DNA of 63,961 bases, filler included. It is 4 parts of 4 records of this genome, joined end to end, with 100 filler letters (N's around TTAATTAATTAA, not from the genome) between each part and the next. Parts side by side here need not be neighbours in the genome. Positions count along the whole stretch, not along the records: positions 1 to 29,727 come from SRR2962707_1107; 3 more parts are not named here. One strand, 5' to 3'. Of this stretch, positions 1-10,000 are shown in pieces; the stretch's first letter is position 1, and every line of letters starts with the position of its first letter. The position numbers were made by a program, and so were the translations under genes. A model generated the notes under the pieces. That model was not told where the DNA came from. It was given only the letters and a program-made list of their open reading frames with translations, and did no database searches.

Positions 1-65
1 ACAATGAATGGGGCTTCTCCAACCGCATGGGCGACACTGCGGTTGCCATGGCGAAGCTGATCTAG
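1..65 (+). CDS. gap: Glyceraldehyde-3-phosphate dehydrogenase, 3' end (partial)
   Basis: Reads (D)NEWGFSNRMGDTAVAMAKLI*, the conserved GAPDH C-terminal WYDNEWGFSNRM motif. Lies upstream of pgk. Not in the ORF track. Confidence 0.92.
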   Translation, partial: NEWGFSNRMGDTAVAMAKLI

Positions 66-345
66 TCATGAATGACCGGTTCGCTTGATAGCGGGCCTGA
101 GAGACTTTGCACGACAGCAACGCCACCGTTCGAAAGAGCGGTGGCGTTGCTGATTCCAGCCAGCAAATACCCACATTGCCTCAACCCATTTCCGTTCACG
201 AAGTTGTGGTCCAATTCTGACCTTGATTTGAGGAAAGTGTCAGTTTGCGGCGTCACGATCATTGATCCGGTTGCCGCCACCACCCATACTTGCAGCCTGA
301 GCATATTCGGCGGTTTTTGACGACGATCCGGACAAGGGGCGACGG

Positions 346-2145
346 TTGGACACATTCTACATTGTGATATTGGCCTCGATGTCACTCATTCTCATTGCCG
401 CCTTCTCAAGCCTGCTCGCCGAGCGCTTCGGCGCACCCTTGCTGCTTCTGTTTTTGCTCATCGGGCTGGTCGCAGGTGTCGATGGTCTAGGCATCGACTT
501 TTCCAACAACTCCGCGGCCTACATGCTGGGCTCTGTCGCCCTTGCCATCATCCTGTTCGATTCCGGCTTTGGCACCTCTTTGCAATCCTTCAGGCAAGCC
601 GCCGTGCCGGCCCTGACGCTCGCCACCGTAGGCGTGCTGTTGACGGCAATCCTGTTTGGTGTTGCCGCCCGTTTTCTGCTCGGATTCACTTGGCTGGAAG
701 GCATTTTGCTGGGCTCGATTGTCGCTTCGACCGATGCTGCAGCGGTGTTTTTCCTTCTGCGTACAGGTGGCATCAGTATCCGCGACAAGGTCCGCTCCAC
801 GCTCGAAGTCGAATCGGGCACCAACGACCCCATGGCGATCTTCCTCACCGTGGCGCTGGTGGGAATCGTGGCCAGCGGCGAGGACCTCGAAAGCGCGGGC
901 ATAGATCTGCTGGTGCTGTTCATCAAGCAAATTGGTCTTGGCCTGGTTATGGGTCTCATCGGCGGCGTTCTGATTGTCCAGATCATGCGCCGAGTTCCGG
1001 TGGAACGCGGGCTTGCCCCGATCTTCGTTCTGGCTCTGGCCCTACTGGTGTTCGCCTACACCTCGGCCATCGGCGGCAGCGGATTTCTGGCGGTTTACGT
1101 GGCGGGAATTTATGCCGGCAACAAGAAGATCCAGTCAAAGACATCGATCATGCGCTTCCAGGAAGGCATGACCTGGTTGGCGCAGATCATCATGTTTCTT
1201 GTGCTTGGTCTTCTCGCAACGCCATCACAATTCCCCCAGATCGTTCTGCCAGCCGTCGGCCTCGCCATCTTTCTTGTCTTCATTGCACGTCCCCTGGCGG
1301 TCTGGCTGTGTCTGCTGCCGTTTGACCTCACGCAGCGTGAAACCGGCTTCGTCGCCTGGGTGGGTTTGCGCGGTGCGGTTTCGATCCTGTTGGCAATCCT
1401 GCCAATTCTCGGCAATCTCGAGAACGGCCAGCTCTATTTCAACACCACCTTCATCGTGGTCATGGTGTCGCTCGCCATCCAGGGCTGGACCATCAAGCCA
1501 ATGGCCAACCGGCTCGGTTTGATCATCCCGCCGCAGATCGGTGCGATCGACAAGCTCGAACTCGACCTTCCCGGCACCGCCAATCACGAGCTCCTGGCCT
1601 ACCGTGTGGTCGCCGACAGCCCTGTTCTTCGCGGCGAGCGAATACCGCGCTGGGCTCGCCCCTCGCTGGTGATTCGCGACGGCAAGTCGATGCGGTACCA
1701 ATATGCCGGACGGCTGCGCGAAAACGATCAGGTCTATCTCTTCATCGCACCGGGATTTTCCCGTCTGCTTGACCGCTTGTTTGCCTCCAAATTGGCTGTG
1801 AGCGAGGACGACAACGAGTTCTTCGGCACCTTCACGATCGATCCGTCCAGAAGCGGGGAAGAACTCGACAACGCTTACGGCCCGGGCCTGATCAGTGATG
1901 CCGAGAAATCGCTGACCATCTCCGAGTTGATGGAACGGCGCCTGGGTGGCAAGCCGGACTATGCCGACCGCGTCAAGATCGGACGTATCGTGTTGATCGT
2001 CCGTAAAACCGATGAACACGGAATCATAAAGATGGTCGGAATATCGCTGGAACCGGTCGCCCCCGCCACCCGTTTGCCACTGTTCCTCAACCTGCGCGAG
2101 ATGATCCACATGGCACGCGATTTCGGCCGGAAATACCGGAAATGA
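346..2145 (+). CDS. Potassium/proton antiporter (NhaP2/CvrA-type CPA1) with C-terminal cytoplasmic domains
   Basis: About 12 hydrophobic segments. Motifs ASTDAAAVF, LEVESGTNDP, GGSGFLAVY and WVGLRGAV are typical of NhaP2/CvrA. Confidence 0.9.
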   Translation: MDTFYIVILASMSLILIAAFSSLLAERFGAPLLLLFLLIGLVAGVDGLGIDFSNNSAAYMLGSVALAIILFDSGFGTSLQSFRQAAVPALTLATVGVLLTAILFGVAARFLLGFTWLEGILLGSIVASTDAAAVFFLLRTGGISIRDKVRSTLEVESGTNDPMAIFLTVALVGIVASGEDLESAGIDLLVLFIKQIGLGLVMGLIGGVLIVQIMRRVPVERGLAPIFVLALALLVFAYTSAIGGSGFLAVYVAGIYAGNKKIQSKTSIMRFQEGMTWLAQIIMFLVLGLLATPSQFPQIVLPAVGLAIFLVFIARPLAVWLCLLPFDLTQRETGFVAWVGLRGAVSILLAILPILGNLENGQLYFNTTFIVVMVSLAIQGWTIKPMANRLGLIIPPQIGAIDKLELDLPGTANHELLAYRVVADSPVLRGERIPRWARPSLVIRDGKSMRYQYAGRLRENDQVYLFIAPGFSRLLDRLFASKLAVSEDDNEFFGTFTIDPSRSGEELDNAYGPGLISDAEKSLTISELMERRLGGKPDYADRVKIGRIVLIVRKTDEHGIIKMVGISLEPVAPATRLPLFLNLREMIHMARDFGRKYRK

Positions 2146-2257
2146 GAGATGAAAAAGCTGCTCCCCAGTTCCCCTCTCCGCCTTGCCTCGCTACAACAGC
2201 GGTATAATCTCAGCGCTGAAACGACGCGCGACATCAACCAGACGAACGGAACATCCA

Positions 2258-3454
2258 ATGCCCACATTCAAGACACTCGATGATCTGGCTGACCTTGCAG
2301 GCAAGCGCGTATTGCTGCGTGTCGACCTGAATGTGCCCGTCAAGGATGGCAAGGTTACCGACACCACCCGCATAGAACGGGTCGCCCCGACAATCATGGA
2401 ACTGTCGGGAAAAGGCGCGCGGGTGATCCTGCTTGCCCATTTCGGCCGTCCCAAAGGTCAGGCAGTCCCGTCGATGTCGCTCGATCCGATTGCCGGCATC
2501 GTTGAGAGCGTTCTCGATCATCGGGTCCATTTTGCAGCCAATTGCATTGGCGAAACCGCACAGAAAGCGGTTGATGCGATGGTCGACGGCGACATCCTGC
2601 TGCTGGAAAACACGCGGTTTCATGCTGGCGAAGAAAAGAACGATCCGGAATTCGCCAAGGCGCTGGCAAAGAACGGCGACATCTTCGTCAATGATGCTTT
2701 CTCGGCGGCCCACCGCGCCCACGCCTCCACCGAAGGGCTGGCCCATCTTCTGCCGTCCTATGCCGGACGCACCATGCAGGCAGAACTGATCGCACTGGAA
2801 AAAGGCCTCGGCAATCCGGCCCGGCCAGTGGTCGCCATCGTCGGCGGCGCCAAGGTTTCCACCAAGATCGACCTGTTGCAGAACCTGGTCAAGAAGGTCG
2901 ATGCGCTGGTAATAGGCGGCGGCATGGCCAACACCTTCCTGGCTGCCCGCGGCATTAATGTCGGCAAATCCCTGTGCGAGCACGATCTCGCAGAAACCGC
3001 CAAGGCAATCGAAGCCGAGGCTCTCGCCTCGGGATGCGCCATCGTCCTGCCGGTTGACGGCGTCGTGGCACGCGAATTCAAGGCTGGCGCCGACAACGAA
3101 ACCGTTGACGTCACTGCCATCCCCGCCGATGCGATGATGCTCGACGTCGGACCAAAGTCCATTGAAGCCATCAATGCCTGGATCACCAAGGCCGATACCC
3201 TGGTCTGGAACGGCCCGCTCGGCGCCTTTGAAATTCCGCCCTTCGATGCAGCAACGGTATCTGCGGCCCAACATGCGGCCCGCCGCACGGAAGAAGGCTT
3301 GCTCGTCTCGGTCGCAGGCGGCGGTGACACTGTGTCTGCGCTCAATCATGCTGACGTTGCCGAGGACTTCACTTACGTGTCCACCGCTGGCGGCGCCTTC
3401 CTCGAGTGGATGGAAGGCAAACCCCTGCCCGGCGTCGACGTGCTGAAGAGCTGA
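2258..3454 (+). CDS. pgk: Phosphoglycerate kinase
   Basis: Motifs [29 protein letters not shown] and STAGGAFLE. Start moved to ATG 2258 (MPTFKTLDD). Confidence 0.97.
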   Translation: MPTFKTLDDLADLAGKRVLLRVDLNVPVKDGKVTDTTRIERVAPTIMELSGKGARVILLAHFGRPKGQAVPSMSLDPIAGIVESVLDHRVHFAANCIGETAQKAVDAMVDGDILLLENTRFHAGEEKNDPEFAKALAKNGDIFVNDAFSAAHRAHASTEGLAHLLPSYAGRTMQAELIALEKGLGNPARPVVAIVGGAKVSTKIDLLQNLVKKVDALVIGGGMANTFLAARGINVGKSLCEHDLAETAKAIEAEALASGCAIVLPVDGVVAREFKAGADNETVDVTAIPADAMMLDVGPKSIEAINAWITKADTLVWNGPLGAFEIPPFDAATVSAAQHAARRTEEGLLVSVAGGGDTVSALNHADVAEDFTYVSTAGGAFLEWMEGKPLPGVDVLKS

Positions 3455-3515
3455 AACAGCCTTCGACACCTGCTGCAGCACGGCTCAGCGTTAAGCATGG
3501 TTCAAAAACACATGT

Positions 3516-3551
3516 ATTTTCAATCGATTGAAAGATTTTCAATCGATTCAA
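3516..3551. promoter_or_regulatory. Tandem LacI-family-like operators upstream of fba
   Basis: Perfect palindrome TTTCAATCGATTGAAA (3518-3533) and a second copy TTCAATCGATTCAA (3538-3551). ATTTTCAATCGATT is repeated 19 bp apart. Confidence 0.6.
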
Positions 3552-3733
3552 GCTGACCGCTGCCTATTTTCTCTGCCTTGCCGCATCTGTTAAAGCAGCA
3601 CGCAAGACTGATGCATGTCGCGTTCAAATCCATTCATTTGAACGATAACGCGCATGTATAATTTTGGAGTAGTACAGCGTTCGTTGCGCATCCGATTGGT
3701 TGCGCGGCGCTGTGGGAGAACGGGGATGAAGGC

Positions 3734-4627
3734 ATGATGAATCAAACCATGGCGCAACAGATGGCGGACAAGGACGGCTTCATCGCCGCGCTCGATCAGT
3801 CGGGCGGATCGACGCCAAAGGCGCTGGCCCTGTATGGCGTCTTAGAAGATGCCTATTCCAACGACGAAGAGATGTTTGCAGCGATCCACGCCATGCGTGC
3901 GCGCATCATCAAGTCGCCTGCCTTCACCGGCGAAAAGGTGATTGGCGCGATCCTTTTCGAACGCACCATGGATGGCGAGATCGACGGTGTTCCCACCGCC
4001 GACTATCTCTGGGACAAACGCCGCATCGTGCCCTTCCTGAAGGTCGACAAGGGTTTGATGGCCGAAGAAAACGGCGTTCAGTTGATGAAGCCCATGGGTG
4101 ATCTCGATGCGCTTCTCAAACGCGCCGTCACCAAGAATGTTTTCGGCACCAAGATGCGTTCGGTGGTCAATGCTGCCAACAGAGACGGGATCGAAGCCAT
4201 CGTCGCCCAGCAGTTTGAAATCGGCAAGCAGATCCTTGGCCATGGCCTGATGCCGATCCTCGAGCCGGAAGTGAACATCAAGATCGCAGACAAGGCAGAA
4301 GCGGAACAGTTGCTGCTGGCCACACTCCAGCGTCACCTCGACACCGTGCCGGCCGGCCAGCGGGTTATGCTGAAACTCTCCCTGCCGACGGTTGCCAATC
4401 TCTACAAGCCACTGGTTGATGACCCACGCGTCATGCGGGTTGTGGCACTGTCCGGCGGCTATTCGCGCGATCAGGCCAACGCCCTGCTCAGCGCAAACAC
4501 AGGCGTGATTGCTTCCTTCTCACGCGCGCTGACCGAGGGTCTCTCCCACGGCCAGTCCGATGCAGACTTTGATGCAACACTTGCAGCCACGATCGACAGC
4601 ATCTTCGAAGCCTCCCGCGCCGGCTGA
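3734..4627 (+). CDS. Fructose-bisphosphate aldolase class I (bacterial Fda type)
   Basis: Motifs [37 protein letters not shown] and ALSGGY. Lies downstream of pgk. Confidence 0.93.
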   Translation: MMNQTMAQQMADKDGFIAALDQSGGSTPKALALYGVLEDAYSNDEEMFAAIHAMRARIIKSPAFTGEKVIGAILFERTMDGEIDGVPTADYLWDKRRIVPFLKVDKGLMAEENGVQLMKPMGDLDALLKRAVTKNVFGTKMRSVVNAANRDGIEAIVAQQFEIGKQILGHGLMPILEPEVNIKIADKAEAEQLLLATLQRHLDTVPAGQRVMLKLSLPTVANLYKPLVDDPRVMRVVALSGGYSRDQANALLSANTGVIASFSRALTEGLSHGQSDADFDATLAATIDSIFEASRAG

Positions 4628-4655
4628 GATCACATCAACTTGTTGACACCGCATC

Positions 4656-4688
4656 AACCCGCCGTGGCAACACGGCGGGTTTCGTTTT
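4656..4688 (+). terminator. Rho-independent terminator after fba
   Basis: AACCCGCCGTG-GCAA-CACGGCGGGTT followed by TCGTTTT. Confidence 0.8.
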
Positions 4689-4747
4689 AACGTAAGCTCG
4701 TTGCGAAGCCATGTCGATCAACCCGGGACGTAGAGACGATACCTGCC

Positions 4748-5497
4748 ATGAACAATAATCTTGCCGGCCTCATCAGTTGGTTGCTGGTGCCGATCGCACT
4801 GTTCAAGGGATTGAGTGTGCGCAGGAGTGTGCCGCGCCTGCCGCCGCCGCGTGGCCGTCCGAAAGGCCAGATCGGAGAGGGAGAAGCCGAAACCCGCCTC
4901 TTGATCATTGGAGATTCGTCTGCCGCCGGCGTCGGCGCCGAACGGATTGAAGACACTCTCGGGTCGCAACTCGCAGCCCTTATGCACGAAGCCACCGGAA
5001 GTCCGGTCGCGTGGCGCAATGCCGGGGCCAATTCAGCCACTGCCGCGCAGGTCCGCGACTACGTGGTCCCGCACATCGAGGAACGCAATTTCACCCATGT
5101 GATCATCGCCGTGGGCACAAACGACGCCAAGAATTTCAAGACCCGCGCGGCATTCAAGAAAGGGTTTGGCGGACTTCTCTACGCAATCCACGCACGCTGG
5201 CCCAATGCAGAGGTTTTCTGGTCACCTGTCGTTGCCATGTCTGATGTGCCCGCGCTGCCTTCATCACTCGGGTTCATTCTTGGTCTCCGCGTGCAGATCA
5301 TCAATGCCATGGGCGGACAGCTCTGCCGCGAACGCAATGCCACTGCAATCACCCCGCTACCGGTTGAAGGCTCTGAGGGATTTGCGATTGACGGCTTCCA
5401 CGCCAATGCGCTGGGCTACAAGCACTGGGCCCAGCATATCGCCGGGTTTATTCCGGACGAAGCACCAGCGCCATCATCATTGCAAAGATCAGAATAA
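4748..5497 (+). CDS. SGNH/GDSL hydrolase
   Basis: Block I IGDSSAAG, block III GTND, block V DGFH. Confidence 0.88.
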   Translation: MNNNLAGLISWLLVPIALFKGLSVRRSVPRLPPPRGRPKGQIGEGEAETRLLIIGDSSAAGVGAERIEDTLGSQLAALMHEATGSPVAWRNAGANSATAAQVRDYVVPHIEERNFTHVIIAVGTNDAKNFKTRAAFKKGFGGLLYAIHARWPNAEVFWSPVVAMSDVPALPSSLGFILGLRVQIINAMGGQLCRERNATAITPLPVEGSEGFAIDGFHANALGYKHWAQHIAGFIPDEAPAPSSLQRSE

Positions 5498-5737
5498 GCG
5501 CGATTTTCCAGACATCACCGCGTCGCTTCAGCCCAGGAAGGCCAAATGGCTTGATAAGATGAAGGACCATGGCCACCAGAACCAGAACTAGCAATATTTT
5601 TGTCGCCATCCGTCACGCCTTTTTCAATTCGGCCACATACCTGTCATGATCTTGGTCAATCAGCTAGGCTTATCGAAGTTCGGGCGATGATTCCCGGCAC
5701 GCTCGTTCTCTGACACTCATTTACACACCGGTTCCCC

Positions 5738-6976
5738 ATGCGCAGCAATCTTCTTCCCGTCCTGTCATTGCTCCTGGGCACCGCATTCCTGCTGGCCGGC
5801 AATGGCCTCCACGGCCTGCTCCTGCCCATGCGCGGCTCCGCTGAAGGCTTCTCGCCAACATCGCTCGGCCTTCTGGGTACTGCCTGGGCCACCGGTTTTG
5901 TGCTCGGATGCATTTTCTCGCAACGGCTGGTCAGGCGCATTGGCCATGTCCGCGCCTTCTCGGCGTTTTCAGCAACGATTGCGATTATTGCGCTGCTGAC
6001 AGGCTTGCTGGTCGATCCGGTCAGCTGGATCCTGCTGCGGGTGGTCACGGGGTTCTCGCTGGCCGCCGCATTCATGATCATTGAGAGCTGGCTCAACGAA
6101 CGCGCTACCAACGAAACCCGCGGCCTCATCTTTTCGCTCTATATGACCGTGACCTACGTCGCCATAGTCGCCGGGCAGATGAGCGTCGCCTTTGGTGACG
6201 TCACGCAGACGACCTTCTTCATGATCGCCGGGATCCTCTATTGTCTGGCGCTGCTGCCCACAGCAGTATCGACCGCATCCAGCCCGGCTCCGCTGAAGGA
6301 GGTCAAGCTTGACCTCAAGATGATTTATCGCAATTCGCCGGTGTCCTTCGTGGCGATGCTGTTTGTCGGGATCGCCAATGGCGCCTTCGGCACCCTCGCA
6401 CCTGTTTTCGGCGCCGATGTCGGCCTGACCACCTTCACGATCGCCACCATGATGTCGATCACCATTTTCTCCGGCGCAGTCATGCAATTGCCGGCCGGTC
6501 GCATGTCCGACCGAATGGACCGACGCTATGTTCTCGCCGGTCTTGCAGCGATTGCCGGCCTGTCCGGGCTTGCCATCACCATCGTAAAGCCGTCCGGATT
6601 GACGGTTCTCTATGGATTGATTTCGCTCTATGGCGCCATGTCCTACACGCTCTATTCGATCATTGTGGCGCACGCCAACGACTACGCCGACAGCGATCAG
6701 TTTGTCACTGTGTCTGGCGGCTTGCTGCTGCTTTACGGCGTCGGCACGATCATTGGCCCGCTGGTCGGTGGTATCACCATGGGCTACAGCCCCTATCTGC
6801 TATTTGCTGTTACCGCCGCCTCTCACCTTGGCGTGGCCGGATATGCGCTTTTCCGCACCCGGATGAGGGCTGCCATCCCGGCAGAAGATCGCGAACACTT
6901 CGCCTCGATCCCCTCGGCCCGCTCAGCCACACCGGAATCAATCAATCTCGACCCCCGCGCCACACCGGAGAATTGA
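5738..6976 (+). CDS. MFS transporter (YcaD-like)
   Basis: 12 hydrophobic segments. Motifs RRIGHVRAF, IESWLNE and GRMSDRMDRR. Confidence 0.88.
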   Translation: MRSNLLPVLSLLLGTAFLLAGNGLHGLLLPMRGSAEGFSPTSLGLLGTAWATGFVLGCIFSQRLVRRIGHVRAFSAFSATIAIIALLTGLLVDPVSWILLRVVTGFSLAAAFMIIESWLNERATNETRGLIFSLYMTVTYVAIVAGQMSVAFGDVTQTTFFMIAGILYCLALLPTAVSTASSPAPLKEVKLDLKMIYRNSPVSFVAMLFVGIANGAFGTLAPVFGADVGLTTFTIATMMSITIFSGAVMQLPAGRMSDRMDRRYVLAGLAAIAGLSGLAITIVKPSGLTVLYGLISLYGAMSYTLYSIIVAHANDYADSDQFVTVSGGLLLLYGVGTIIGPLVGGITMGYSPYLLFAVTAASHLGVAGYALFRTRMRAAIPAEDREHFASIPSARSATPESINLDPRATPEN

Positions 6977-7030
6977 GTTCGTCGCGTTCAAACGGTCCAT
7001 CTGAACGCGATACACGTGGTCTCGAAATGC

Positions 7031-7066
7031 AAAAACGCCCGCAACCAATTGGAAGCGGGCGTTTTC
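7031..7066. terminator. Bidirectional terminator between convergent genes
   Basis: AAAAACGCCCGC ... GCGGGCGTTTT with A and T tails. Confidence 0.7.
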
Positions 7067-7108
7067 ACGTGATGGCTACATACGCGATCAAGACAAGCCG
7101 TTAGAGCA

Positions 7109-8089
7109 TCAGCTCATATCGAGCACGATTTTGCCGATGTGCTCTCCGTCTTCCATCCTGCGATGCGCGGCTGAAGCCTGCTCCAGCGGGAATATCGAAT
7201 CCATGACCGGCAGCACCTTGCGCTCGGCCAGCAACGGCCAAACTTTCTGACGCAACTCCTGGGCAATGCCTGCCTTGAAGGCGATATCGCGAGCTCTCAG
7301 AGTGGACCCGGTATGGGTCAGCCGCTTCATCATCAGCAACGCGAAATCGACTTCAGCCTTCTGGCCTCTCAGGAAAGCGATCTGAACAATCCGGCCTTCG
7401 ACCGCCGCTGCCTTGTAGTTACGGTTGATATAATCGCCACCCACCATGTCGAGGATCAGATCAGCGCCCTTGCCTCCGGTTGCTTCCTTTACTGCTTCTA
7501 CAAAATCGGTATCCCGGTAATTGATCGCCAGATCAGCGCCCAGATCACGCATTGCCGCACTTTTGGCCTCCGAGCCCGCAGTGGCCAGCACCCGCGCGCC
7601 AAATGCCTTGGCCAACTGGATGGCTGTCGTTCCGATACCCGACGTTCCTCCGTGCACCAGAAAAGTCTCTCCGGATTTGAGGCCGCCACGCTGGAAGACG
7701 TTGTGCCACACGGTGAAGAAGGTCTCGGGAATTGCCGCTGCCTCTGTCATGGTCAGTGCGGCAGGGGCCAACAGGGCATTGGCCTCGTCCACCGTGCAAT
7801 ATTCAGCATATCCGCCACCGGGCACCAGCGCGCACACCTGATCGCCCGGCTTGAACCCCTTCACGCCTGCGCCGACCGATTCCACTTCTCCGGCAATCTC
7901 AAGACCTGGAATATCGGACGCACCCGGTGGTGGTGGGTATACTCCCTGCCTTTGCAGACAATCGGGACGGTTGACGCCCGCAGCCGCGACCTTGACCAGC
8001 AGCTCTGTCTCACCCGCCACAGGCTTGTCACGCGTTGCAAGGGTTAGAACCTCCGGACCGCCGGGCTGGCGAATTTCGATAGTACGCAT
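7109..8089 (-). CDS. NAD(P)H-quinone oxidoreductase, PIG3 family (MDR)
   Basis: Motifs AAGVNRPD, PGLEIAG, VHGGTSGIG and HIGKIVL. Start set at MRTIEIRQPGG. Confidence 0.9.
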   Translation of the reverse strand: MRTIEIRQPGGPEVLTLATRDKPVAGETELLVKVAAAGVNRPDCLQRQGVYPPPPGASDIPGLEIAGEVESVGAGVKGFKPGDQVCALVPGGGYAEYCTVDEANALLAPAALTMTEAAAIPETFFTVWHNVFQRGGLKSGETFLVHGGTSGIGTTAIQLAKAFGARVLATAGSEAKSAAMRDLGADLAINYRDTDFVEAVKEATGGKGADLILDMVGGDYINRNYKAAAVEGRIVQIAFLRGQKAEVDFALLMMKRLTHTGSTLRARDIAFKAGIAQELRQKVWPLLAERKVLPVMDSIFPLEQASAAHRRMEDGEHIGKIVLDMS

Positions 8090-8244
8090 CTGATCAAATC
8101 TCCTCGCGACACTTTTCCACAACTTAGGCACAGGCTAGGATGACGGCAATGCCGCTTGACCACTTGCACCATATCAATACAGCCTAAACCGCACGCGCTT
8201 TCATGTAACAGCCTCCGCGGTGAACGAAACGAGAGGTTACAACC

Positions 8245-8436
8245 ATGTTTGCAGATGATGATCGCCCGAAACCGAAGAAGCTGCATGAACTCGGATGTGA
8301 TCTGACGTTCCTGTCTGCCGATGAGATCGAGAAACGAATCGCTCTGTTACATGAAGAAATTGAGCGCCTGGAAGCAGACAAGGCCTCCAAAACATCAAGC
8401 CGCAGCGCGGCGGAGAGCTTTTTCAAGTCGAAATAA
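8245..8436 (+). CDS. Small DUF1192-like coiled-coil protein
   Basis: 63 aa with HELGCDLTFLSADEIEKRIALLHEEIERLE...AAESFFK and a GAGG RBS upstream. Confidence 0.8.
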   Translation: MFADDDRPKPKKLHELGCDLTFLSADEIEKRIALLHEEIERLEADKASKTSSRSAAESFFKSK

Positions 8437-8475
8437 AGCAACTATGGCAACACCTTATCAGAATAGACTTGGGTG

Positions 8476-8490
8476 TTAAGCTTCGGTTAA
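8476..8490. promoter_or_regulatory. CtrA box over the -35 region of a candidate sRNA promoter
   Basis: TTAA-GCTTCGG-TTAA, which is TTAA-N7-TTAAC on the minus strand. A -10-like TACTAT lies at 8505-8510. Confidence 0.7.
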
Positions 8491-8513
8491 GGTTTACAAG
8501 TCTTTACTATAGG

Positions 8514-8611
8514 CATCCAGGCTTCCTGGATTTGACAGTCTGACCTCCGGTCAAACTGTTTGACGCCTCCCTGTTAAACTCTTGAGAGCCGCTGATGCGG
8601 CTCTTTTTTTT
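8514..8611 (+). ncRNA. Candidate ~100-nt trans-acting sRNA with anti-Shine-Dalgarno loops
   Basis: Promoter-like elements upstream. Hairpins ATCCAGG/CCTGGAT, ACAGT-TGACC/GGTCA-ACTGT (spanning CCTCC) and GTTTGAC/GTTAAAC (loop GCCTCCCT). Ends in terminator AGAGCCGC-TGAT-GCGGCTCT-T7. Confidence 0.65.
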
Positions 8612-8768
8612 GGCTTGATCCTGACTGGCCAAGCCCCCTATGCTACACCTTCTTCATGCAAGTGCCCGGGATATCCGGGCGTCACAAACCTGGCTGACAA
8701 TGGTTGTTTTGGATCCGCAACACGGATGTGCGGACCATTACATCAACTGTTTCACCTCGTTTTTGACG

Positions 8769-8783
8769 TTAACCCTTTCTTAA
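8769..8783. promoter_or_regulatory. CtrA box upstream of rcdA
   Basis: TTAA-CCCTTTC-TTAA (TTAA-N7-TTAAC on minus), about 110 bp before the rcdA ATG. Confidence 0.7.
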
Positions 8784-8895
8784 GAATAGACTTGCCGGAA
8801 CAGGGTCCCAGGTTCATTCTGCACTTGCACGGCAGAGACACACGACGCCAGCAAACGCCGCCTACCCAGTATTTTGTAATCAGGAATATCCGGCC

Positions 8896-9414
8896 ATGTC
8901 TGAAACCAGCCTCAACCCAATCAATCTCGCAGATCGTATGGCCAATTCGACCCAGTTCAAGGCGCTTTACGCCGAAGGCATGGGTCTGGTTGAGGAGACT
9001 GCAAACTACCTTGATGGCCCTGGCCGCGTTTCCTCGAAAGGCTTGCCGCGTCTGGCCGGCGTTCTCTACGCTGCGGAATCGATGCGTCTGACAACCCGTC
9101 TCATGCAGATGGCGTCCTGGTTGCTACTGCAGCGTGCCGTCAACAATGGCGAAATGAACCGCGATCAGGTTCTCGCCGAAAAGAACAAGGTACGTCTCGA
9201 CAGCTTCAACTGTGATCGCACCGCCCAGGGCTGGAGCGATCTGCCGGAAGAATTCAAGGATCTGGTCGAACGCTCGCTGCGCATCCAGAACCGGGTGGCA
9301 TTGCTTGATCGTGAAATCTACCGCCCGGCGGAAGCAGCCGCTCTGAAGCCGGACAACGAGAATTCGGTCCAGGCCCAGCAGCATCTCCTGCAGACTGTTT
9401 TCAACAAGCGCTGA
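8896..9414 (+). CDS. rcdA: Regulator of CtrA degradation RcdA (DUF1465)
   Basis: Motifs LYAEGMGLVEETANYLDGPGR and YAAESMRLTTRLMQMASWLLLQRAV. Convergent on rpmE, as in rhizobia. Confidence 0.9.
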   Translation: MSETSLNPINLADRMANSTQFKALYAEGMGLVEETANYLDGPGRVSSKGLPRLAGVLYAAESMRLTTRLMQMASWLLLQRAVNNGEMNRDQVLAEKNKVRLDSFNCDRTAQGWSDLPEEFKDLVERSLRIQNRVALLDREIYRPAEAAALKPDNENSVQAQQHLLQTVFNKR

Positions 9415-9444
9415 AAACCGGCCCATAAACCATTCCAGTCTTTC

Positions 9445-9474
9445 AAAGCCCGTGGCATCTGCCGCGGGCTTTTT
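9445..9474 (+). terminator. Terminator after rcdA
   Basis: AAAGCCCGTGGC-ATCT-GCCGCGGGCTTTTT. Confidence 0.75.
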
Positions 9475-9518
9475 GCATGTGCATTTCAAGCATCAGGCGC
9501 AACCAATCTCCAGGCAAC

Positions 9519-9544
9519 AAAAAACCCGCCGAAACCGGCGGGTT
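9519..9544 (-). terminator. Terminator after rpmE
   Basis: AAAAAACCCGCCG-AAAC-CGGCGGGTT on +, giving a U-tail on the minus strand. Confidence 0.75.
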
Positions 9545-9570
9545 CTGAGTCTCGGCGATTGCCGGAAGTC

Positions 9571-9792
9571 TTAAAGGTTGAGACCTTCGAAACGCTTCTT
9601 GAACTTCGAAAGACGGCCGCCACGGTCCAGCATCTGCTGGTTGCCGCCGGTCCATGCCGGGTGCGACTTGGGATCGATTTCGAGGTTCATGGTGTCGCCT
9701 TCAGCACCCCAGGTTGACTGGGTCATGTATTCTGTGCCGTCGGTCATGACCACCTTGATCATGTGGTAGTCGGGATGGATGTTCGACTTCAT
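9571..9792 (-). CDS. rpmE: 50S ribosomal protein L31 (Cys-free type)
   Basis: [10 protein letters not shown]...HPAWTGG...[13 protein letters not shown], 73 aa. The true start is ATG 9792. Confidence 0.96.
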   Translation of the reverse strand: MKSNIHPDYHMIKVVMTDGTEYMTQSTWGAEGDTMNLEIDPKSHPAWTGGNQQMLDRGGRLSKFKKRFEGLNL

Positions 9793-10000
9793 CTTCTTTG
9801 TCCTGCCTTTGGGAGGCCCTGCGCGCTTGCGGCATTTTGGCCAAACACATAAATGAAGCCGGTGTCCGTAGGAACAACGACTTCCCAATTCGATGGCGAG
9901 CCTATACATGAAGGCATGGGCGATAACAAGAGCTGCGCCGGTTTTTGCAGCATTGCCGAGACATTGCCCATGACATTGAATGCGCATACCAGGAGCAGAC

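Noticed and set aside
62-385. Short ORFs between gap and the antiporter
   Set aside because: No recognisable motifs, and the minus-strand ORF overlaps both neighbours. Treated as intergenic, though a small gene cannot be excluded.
8582-9091. 169-aa ORF overlapping rcdA
   Set aside because: It starts inside a terminator and overlaps the well-supported rcdA in another frame.
9571-9792. Cys-free L31 (and L36) as zinc-starvation paralogues
   Set aside because: Zn-free forms are the usual single copies in these alphaproteobacteria, and I saw no Zur-like box.
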